Positions 56,601 to 64,000 of a stretch of DNA of 64,000 bases are shown in pieces. A program made the translations under genes and the position numbers. The stretch lies in NCBI RefSeq assembly GCF_009914755.1, contig NC_060933.1. The stretch is one strand, 5' to 3'. The notes below the pieces were generated by a model, which saw only the letters and a list, made by a program, of their open reading frames with translations, did no database searches and was not told where the DNA came from. Numbering within the stretch: position 1 is the first letter of the stretch; each line of letters opens with the position of its first letter. Origin of the DNA: the human T2T-CHM13v2.0 reference genome, Homo sapiens.

Positions 56601-59212
56601 CATTCCATTGCATTCCATTCCATTCCATTCCATTCCACTCCGTTGCATTCCATTCCATTACATTCGGACTGATTCTATTCAACTCCCTTACTCTCCATTA
56701 CATTCCATTCCATTCAGGTTGTTCCATTCCATTCCATTCCATTCCATTCCATTCCATTCCATTCCACTCCATTCCAGTCCTTTCCATTCCATTGCACTCG
56801 GGTTGATTCCATTCCATTCCATTCCATTGCATTCCATTTCGGATGATTCCATTCCATTGCATTCCGTTCCATTACATTCCCCTGCACTCGGGTTGATTCC
56901 ATTCCATTCCATTCCATTCCATTCGATTCCATTCCATTCCCCTGCACTCGCGTTGATTCCATTCCATTCCATTCCATTCCATTCCATTCCATTCCATTCC
57001 TTTCCATTCCAGTCCTTTCCATTCCATTCCACTCGGGTTGATTCCATTCTATTAGTTTCCATTCCATTCCATTCCCTTCCATTCCACTCTGGTTGATTCC
57101 ATTCCTTTCCATTCCACTCGAATACATTCCCTCCTATTCCTCTTGGAACGATTCCATTCCATTCCATTCCATTCCATTCCATTCCATTCCATTTCGTTCC
57201 ATTCCATTCTATTCCGTATCATTCCATTCCATTCCATTCCATTCCATTCCATTCCACTCGTGTTGATTTCATTCCTTTCCATTCCATTCGGTTTGAAGGC
57301 ATTCCATTCCATTCCATTCCATTCCATTCCATTCCAGTCCATTCCATTCCATTGTACTCGGGTTGATTCCATTCCATTGCATTCCATTCCATTCCATTCC
57401 GTTGCATTCCATTCCATTACATTCGGATTGATTCTATTCAACTCCCTTACTCTCCATTACATTCCATTCCATTCGGGTTGTTCCATTCCATTCCATTCCA
57501 TTCCACTCCATTCCATTGCACTCGGATTGATTCCATTCCATTCCATTCCATTCAATTCCATTCCATTCCGGATGATTCCATTCCATTGCATTCCTTTCCG
57601 TTACATTCCCCTGCACTCGGGTTGATTCCATTCCTTTCCATTCCATTCCATTCGATTCCATTCCATTCCAATTCTTTCCATTCCATTCTATTCCGTACCA
57701 TTCCATTCCATTCCATACAATTCCATTCCATTCCATTCCACTCCGTTCCGTTCCGTTCCGTTCCGTTCCTTTCCATTCCATTCCATTCCATTCTATTCGG
57801 TTTAATTCCATTCCATTCCATTCCATTCCATTCCATTCCATTCTATTCCATTCCATTGCAATCGAGTTGAATCCATTGCATTCCATTCCATTCCATTCCA
57901 TTCCATTCCGGAAGATTCCATTCCATTGCATTCCATTCCATTCCATTCCATTCCATTCCATTCCCTTCCATTCCATAGTACTCGGGTTGATTCCATTCCA
58001 TTGCATACCATTCCATTCCATTCCATTTCATTCCATTCCGTTCCATTCCATTCCATTACATTCGGATTGATTCTTTTTAACTCCCTTACTCTCCATTACA
58101 TTCCATTCCATTCGGGTTGTTCCATTCCATTCCATTCCATTCCACTCCATTCCATTGCACTCGGGTTGATTCCATTCCATTCCATTCCATTCATTACGGA
58201 TGATTCCATTCCATTGCATTCCGTTCCATTACATTCCCCTGCACTCGGGTTGATTCCATTCCATTCCATTCCATTCCATTCGATTCCATTGCATTCCCCT
58301 GCACTCGCGTTGATTCCATTCCATTCAATTCCATTGCATTCCATTCCATTCCATTCCTTTCCATTCCAGTCTTTTCCATTCCATTCCACTCGGGTTGATT
58401 CCATTCTATTAGTTTCCATTCCATTCCATTCCCTTCCATTCCACTCTGGTTGATTCCATTCCTTTCCATTCCACTCGAATACATTCCCTCCTATTCCACT
58501 CGGAACAATTCCATTCCATTCAATTCCATTCCATTTCGTTCCATTCCATTCTATTCCGTAACATTCCATTCCATTCCATTCCATTCCATTCCATTCCATT
58601 GTACTCGGGTTGATTCCATTCCATTGCATTCCATTCCATTCCATTCCATTCCATTCCATTCCGTTGCATTCCATTCCATTACATTCGGATTGATTCTATT
58701 CAACTCCCTTACTCTCCATTACATTCCATTCCATTTGGGTTGTTCCATTCCATTCCATTCCATTCCACTCCATTCCATTGCACTCGGGTTGATTCCATTC
58801 CATTCCATTCCATTCCATTCCATTCCATTCCGGATGATTCCATTCCATTGCATTCCGTTCCATTACATTCCCCTGCACTCGTGTTGATTCCATTCCATTC
58901 CATTCCATTCCATTCAATTCCATTCCATTACAATTCGTTCCATTCCATTCTATTCCGTACCATTCCATTCCATTCCATACCATTCCATTCCATTCCATTC
59001 CATTCCATTCCGTTCCATTCCGTTCCATTCCATTCCATTTCATTCTATTCGGGTTAATTCCATTCCATTCCATTCCATTCCATTCCATTCCATTCTATTC
59101 CATTCCATTGCAATCGAGTTGAATCAATTGCATTTCATTCCATTCCATTCCATTCCATTCCATTCCGGAAGATTCCATTCCATTGCATTCCATTCCATTC
59201 CATTCCCCTGCA
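41661..59212 (+). repeat. Three near-identical tandem ~5.83 kb higher-order units (starts ~41661, 47491, 53326)
   Basis: Dozens of identical ORF triplets, e.g. 41678/47508/53343, 45013/50848/56688 and 46775/52610/58450 (offsets 5830-5840). PstI CTGCAG at 42800, 48635 and 54470 (5835 apart). The private words GCACACGCGTTGATTCTATT, ACTGATGATTCCGTT, CCTCTTGGAACG and CCATAGTACTCGGG each occur three times. Confidence 0.96.
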
Positions 59213-59279
59213 CTCGCGTTGATTCCATTCCATTCCATTCCATTCCATTCCATTCCATTCCATTCCATGCATTCCATTC

Positions 59280-61940
59280 CTTTCCATTCCATTCCATTCC
59301 ATTCCATTCCATTCCGTTGCATTCCATTCCATTACATTCCGATTGATTCTATTCAACTCCCTTACTCTCCATTACATTCCATTCCATTCGGGTTGTTCCA
59401 TTCCATTCCATTCCATTCCACTCCATTCCATTGCACTCGGGTTGATTCCATTCCATTCCATTCCATTCCATTCCATTCCATTCCGGATGATTCCATTCCA
59501 TTGCATTCCGTTCCATTACATTCCCCTGCACTCGCGTTGATTCCATTCCATTCCATTCCATTCCATTCAATTCCATTCCATTACAATTCGTTCCATTACA
59601 TTCTATTCCGTACCATTCCATTCCATTCCATACCATTCCATTCCATTCCATTCCATTCCGTTCCATTCCGTTCCATTCCGTTCCATTCCATTCCATTCCA
59701 TTCTATTCGGGTTAATTCCATTCCAATCCATTCCATTCCATTCTATTCCATTCCATTGCAATCGAGTTGAATCCATTGCATTTCATTCCATTACATTCCA
59801 TTCCATTCCAGAAGATTCCATTCCATTGCATTCCATTCCATTCCATTCCCCTGCACTCGCGTTGATTCCATTCCGTTCCATTCCATTCCATTCCATTCCG
59901 TTCCGTTCCGTTCCGTTCCATTCCATTCCATTCCGTTCCGTTCCATTCCATTCCATTCCATTCTATTCGGGTTAATTCCATTCCATTCCATTCGATTGCA
60001 ATCGTGTTGATTCCATTCCATTCCATTCCATTCCATTCCATTCCATTCCATTCCTTTCCATTCCATTACGGATGATTCCATTCCATTGCATTCCATTCCA
60101 TTCCATTCCCCTGTACTCGGGTTGATTCCATTCCATTGCATTCCAATCCATGCCCTTCCACTCGTGTTGATTCAATTCTTTCCATTCCATTCAAGTTGAA
60201 TCCATTCCATTGCATTCCATTCCATTCCATTCCATTCGATTGCACTCGGGTTGATTCCATTCCATTGCATTCCATTCCATTCCATTCCATTCCATTCCAT
60301 TCCATTCCATTCCGTTTCATTCCATTCCATTACATTCGGATTGATTCTATTCAATTCCCTTACACTCCATTACATTCCATTCCATTCGGGTAGTTTCCAT
60401 TCCATTCCATTCCATTCCTCTCCATTCCATTGCACTCGGGTTGATTCCATTCCATTGCATTCCATTCCATTCCATTCAATTCCATTCCGTTCCATTCCAT
60501 TCCATTACATTCGGATTGATTCTATTCATCTCCCTTAGTCTCCATTACATTCCATTCCATTCGGGTTGTTCCATTCCATTCCATTCCATTCCACTCCATT
60601 CCATTGCACTGGGGTTGATTCCATTCCATTCCATTCCATTCCATTCCTTTCCATTCCATTACGGATGATTCCATTCCATTGCATTCCATTCTATTCCATT
60701 CCCCTGTACTCGGGTTGATTCCATTCCATTCCATTCCAATCCATGCCATTCCACTCGTGTTGATTCCATTCTTTCCATGCCATTCAAGTTGAATCCATTC
60801 CATTGCATTCCATTCCATTCCATTCCCCTGCAGTCGGGTTGATTCCATTCCATTCCATTCCATTCCATTCCATTCCATTCCATTCCATTCCGTTCCGTTC
60901 CGTTCCATTGCATTCCATTCCTTTCTACTCGGGTTAATTCCATTCCATTCCATTCCATTCCATTCCATTCCAATCGAGTTGATTCCATTCCATTCCATTC
61001 CATTCCATTCCGTTCCACTCCATTCCAGTCCTTTCCATTCCATTCCACTCGGGTTGATTCCAATGTATTCCTTTCCATTCCATTCCATTCCATTGCAATC
61101 GAGTTGATTCCATTGCTTTGCATTCCATTCCATTCCATTCCATTCCGGATGATTCCATTCCATTGCATTCCATTCCATTCCATTCCCCTGCACTCGGGTT
61201 GATTCCATTCCATTCCACTCCATTCCGTTCCATTCCATTCCATTCCATTGTATTCGGGTTAATTCCATTCCATTCCATTCCATTCCATTCCATTACAATC
61301 GAGTTGATTCCATTCCATTCCATTCCATTCCAGTCCTTTCCATTCCATTCCACTCGGGTTGATTCCATTCTATTAGTTTCCATTACATTCCATTCCCTTC
61401 CATTCCACTATGGTTGATTCCATTCCTTTCCATTCCACTCGAATACATTCCTTCCTATTCCACTCGGAACGATTCCATTCCATTCCATTCCATTCCATTC
61501 CATTCCATTCCATTCCATTTCATTCCATTGCAATCCATTCCAATCCATTCCATTCCATTCCACTCGAGTTGATTTCATTCCATCTCTTTCCATTCCATTC
61601 CATTCCTTTCCATTCGACTTGATTCCATTCCATTCATTCCATTGCATTCCATTCCATGCCATTCCACTCGGGTTGATTCCATTCCTTTGCATTCCATTCC
61701 ATTCCATTCCATTCCATTCCATTCCATTCCGTTGCATTCCATTCCATTACATTCCGATTGATTCTATTCAACTCCCTTACTCTCCATTACATTCCCTTCC
61801 ATTCGGGTTGTTCCATTCCATTCCATTCCATTCCACTCCATTCCATTGCACTCGGGTTGATTCCATTCCATTCCATTCCATTCCATTCCATTCCGGATGA
61901 TTCCTTTCCTTTGCATTCCGTTCCATTACATTCCCCTGCA
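59280..61940 (+). repeat. Diverged paralog of ~41120-43930 (includes sequence upstream of the triplicated unit; ~130 bp deletion near 60640)
   Basis: Shares CCGATTGATTCT (41186, 59339), AATTCCATTCCAATCC, CATTTCATTCCATTACATT, TTCATCTCCCTTAGTCTCC, CTTTCCATGCC, CACTATGGTTG and CATCTCTTTCC. It lacks the GGAAGATT...CGCGTTG module found at ~42510-42570. PstI site at 60828. Confidence 0.85.
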
Positions 61941-62199
61941 CTCGGGTTGATTCCATTACATTCCATTCCATTCCATTCCATTCCATTCCATTCCTTTCCA
62001 TTCCATTCCATTCCATTCCGTTCCATTCCGTTCCATTCCATTCCATTCCATTCTATTCGGGTTAATTCCATTCCATTCCATTCCATTCCATTCTATTCCA
62101 TTCCATTGCAATCGAGTTGAATCCATTGCATTTCATTCCATTCCATTCCATTCCATTCCGGAAGATTCCATTCCATTGCATTCCATTCCATTCCATTCC

Positions 62200-64000
62200 C
62201 CTGCACTCGGGTTGATTCCATTCCATTCCATTCCATTCCATTCCATTCCATTCCGTTCCATTTCATTCTATTCGGGTTAATTCCATTCCATTCCATTCCA
62301 CTCCATTCCAGTCCTTTCCATTCCATTCCACTCGGGTTGTTTCCATTCTATTCCTTTCAATTCCATTCCATTCCATTGCAATCGAGTTGATTCCATTCGA
62401 GTTGAATCCATTCCATTCCATTCCATTCCATTCCATTCCATTGCACACGGGTTCATTCCATTCCATTCCATTCCATTCCATTCCATTCCATTCCATTCCA
62501 TTTCATTACATTCCATTCTATTCCGTACCATTCCATTCCATCCCATTCCATTCCATTCCATTCCATTCCATGCCATTACACTCGGGTTGATTCCATTCCT
62601 TTCCATTCCATTCTTGTTGAATCCATTCCATTCCATTCCATTCCATTCGAATCCATTCCATTGCACTCGGGTTGATTCCATTCCATTCCATTTCATTCCA
62701 TTCCATTCCATTACATTCGGATTGATTCTATTCAATTCCCTTACACTCCATTACATTACATTCCATTCCATTCGGGATGTTACCATTCCATTCCATTCCA
62801 TTCCACTCCATTCCACTGCATCAGGTTGATTGCTTTCCATTCCATTCCATTCCATTCCGGATGATTCCATTCCATTGCATTCCATTCCATTCCATTCCCC
62901 TGCACTCGGGTTGATTCCATTCCATTCCATTCCATTCCATTCCATTCCATTCCATTCCGTTCCATTCCATTCCATTCCATTCCATTCTATTCCGGTTAAT
63001 TCCATTCCATTCCATTCGATTCCATTCCATTCCATTCCATTCCATTGCAATCGAGTTGATTCCATTCGAGTTGAATCCATTCCATTTCATTCCATTCCAT
63101 TCCATTCCATTGCACACGGGTTCATTCCATTCCATTCCATTCCATTCCATTCCATTCCATTTCGTTCCATTCCATTCTATTCCGTATCATTCCATTCCAT
63201 TCCATTCCATTCCATTCCATTCCATTCCATTCCTTTCCGTTCCATTCCATTCCATTCCATTCCATTCCGTTCCGTTCCGTTCCGATCCATTCCATTCCAT
63301 TCCATTCTATTCGGGTTTATTCCAATCCATTCCATTCCATTGCACTCGGGTTGATTCCATTCCATTCCATTCCATTCCATTCCATTCCATTCCGGATGAT
63401 TCCATTCCATTTCATTCCCCTGCACTCGCGTTGATTCCATTCCATTCCATTCCATTCCATTCCATTCCGTTCCGTTCCGTTCCATTCCATTCCATTCCAT
63501 TCCATTCCGTTCTGTTCCATTCCATTCCATTCCATTCTATTCGGGATAATTCCATTCCATTCCATTCGATTGCAGTCGTGTTGATTCCATTCCATTCCAT
63601 TCCATTCCATTCCATTCCATTCCTTTCCATTCCATTACGGATGATTCCATTCCATTGCATTCCATTCCATTCCATTCCCCTGTACTCGGGTTGATTCCAT
63701 TCCATTGCATTCCAATCCATGCCCTTCCACTCGTGTTGATTCCATTCTTTCCATTCCATTCAAGTTGAATCCATTCCATTGCATTCCATTCCATTCGATT
63801 CCATTCGATTGCACTCGGGTTGATTCCATTCCACTGCATTCCATTCCACTCTATTCCATTGCACTCGGGTTTATTCCATTCCATTCCATTCCATTCCATT
63901 CAAATCCATTCCATTCCGGAAGATTCCATTCCATTGCATTCCATTCCATTCCATTCCTCTGCACTCGCGTTGATTCCATTCCATTCCATTCCATTCCGTT
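62200..64000 (+). repeat. Paralog of the ~21850-24100 block (runs off the window end)
   Basis: Same ordered private words: CCTTTCAATT, GCACACGGGTTC, CTTGTTGAATCC, GGGATGTTACC, CCACTGCATCAGG, CGGGATAATT, GCAGTCGTGTTG, CAAATCC. ORF 62587..62829 is identical to 22251..22493, and 62277..62735 is nearly identical to 21941..22399. Confidence 0.88.

Larger units (their letters stand above)
1..64000 (+). repeat. Satellite III (HSat3) array, (CATTC)n on + strand / (GGAAT)n on - strand; pericentromeric-type heterochromatin of human or a close great ape
   Basis: CATTC/ATTCC pentamers dominate every line. The decamer ACTCGGGTTG (reverse complement CAACCCGAGT) and relatives (ATCGAGTTG, ACTCGCGTTG, ACTCGTGTTG, ATTCGGGTTA) recur at irregular intervals of tens to a few hundred bp. 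Pentamer plus A(C/T)TCGGGTTG decamer is the established signature of Sat3, as opposed to the CATTCGATTC-rich 23/26-bp units of HSat2. Orientation is the same throughout. Confidence 0.97.

Noticed and set aside
41661-59212. +/-5 bp differences between triplet units as evidence of evolutionary order
   Set aside because: Length changes in pure CATTC runs recur easily and could also be consensus errors, so I did not use them to order events.
1-64000. CRISPR-like alternation of a conserved word (e.g. GGATTGATTCTATTCAA(C/T)TCCCTTAC) with intervening sequence
   Set aside because: The intervening sequence is satellite rather than unique spacers, spacing is irregular, and there is no leader or cas gene.
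1-64000. HSat2, alpha satellite or telomeric repeat assignment
   Set aside because: CATTCGATTC occurs only sporadically and there is no 23/26-bp unit, no 171-bp alphoid monomer or CENP-B box, and no TTAGGG tract.
1-64000. Embedded Alu, L1 or LTR insertion, unique island, or strand inversion
   Set aside because: I found no poly(A) tail, target-site duplication or non-satellite stretch longer than a few tens of bp, and no switch to (GGAAT)n on the + strand.

Overview
The whole 64 kb window is one uninterrupted array of human/great-ape Satellite III (HSat3) in a single orientation. It consists of (CATTC)n/(GGAAT)n pentamers punctuated by the classical Sat3 decamer A(C/T)TCGGGTTG and a small set of other diverged 'words'. 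I found no protein-coding gene, RNA gene, transposon insertion, CRISPR array, inversion or unique sequence. All ORFs in the track are artefacts of translating a stop-free pentamer (FHSIP/MEWNG). The real information is a nested duplication history that can be read from rare variant words: three near-identical ~5.83 kb tandem units (~41.66-59.2 kb); three ~2.45 kb units (~27.1-34.5 kb) nested inside an older ~5.1 kb tandem duplication (~21.7-36.35 kb); ~1.93 kb, ~1.06 kb, ~0.87 kb and 110 bp tandem duplications and a block pair ~0.6 kb apart; and dispersed paralogous blocks 18-40 kb apart. I see no evidence for a new gene-based biological system. Coordinates of internal blocks were read by eye and from ORF-track offsets, so they are approximate to within tens of bp. 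Chromosome and subfamily cannot be assigned from the sequence alone.
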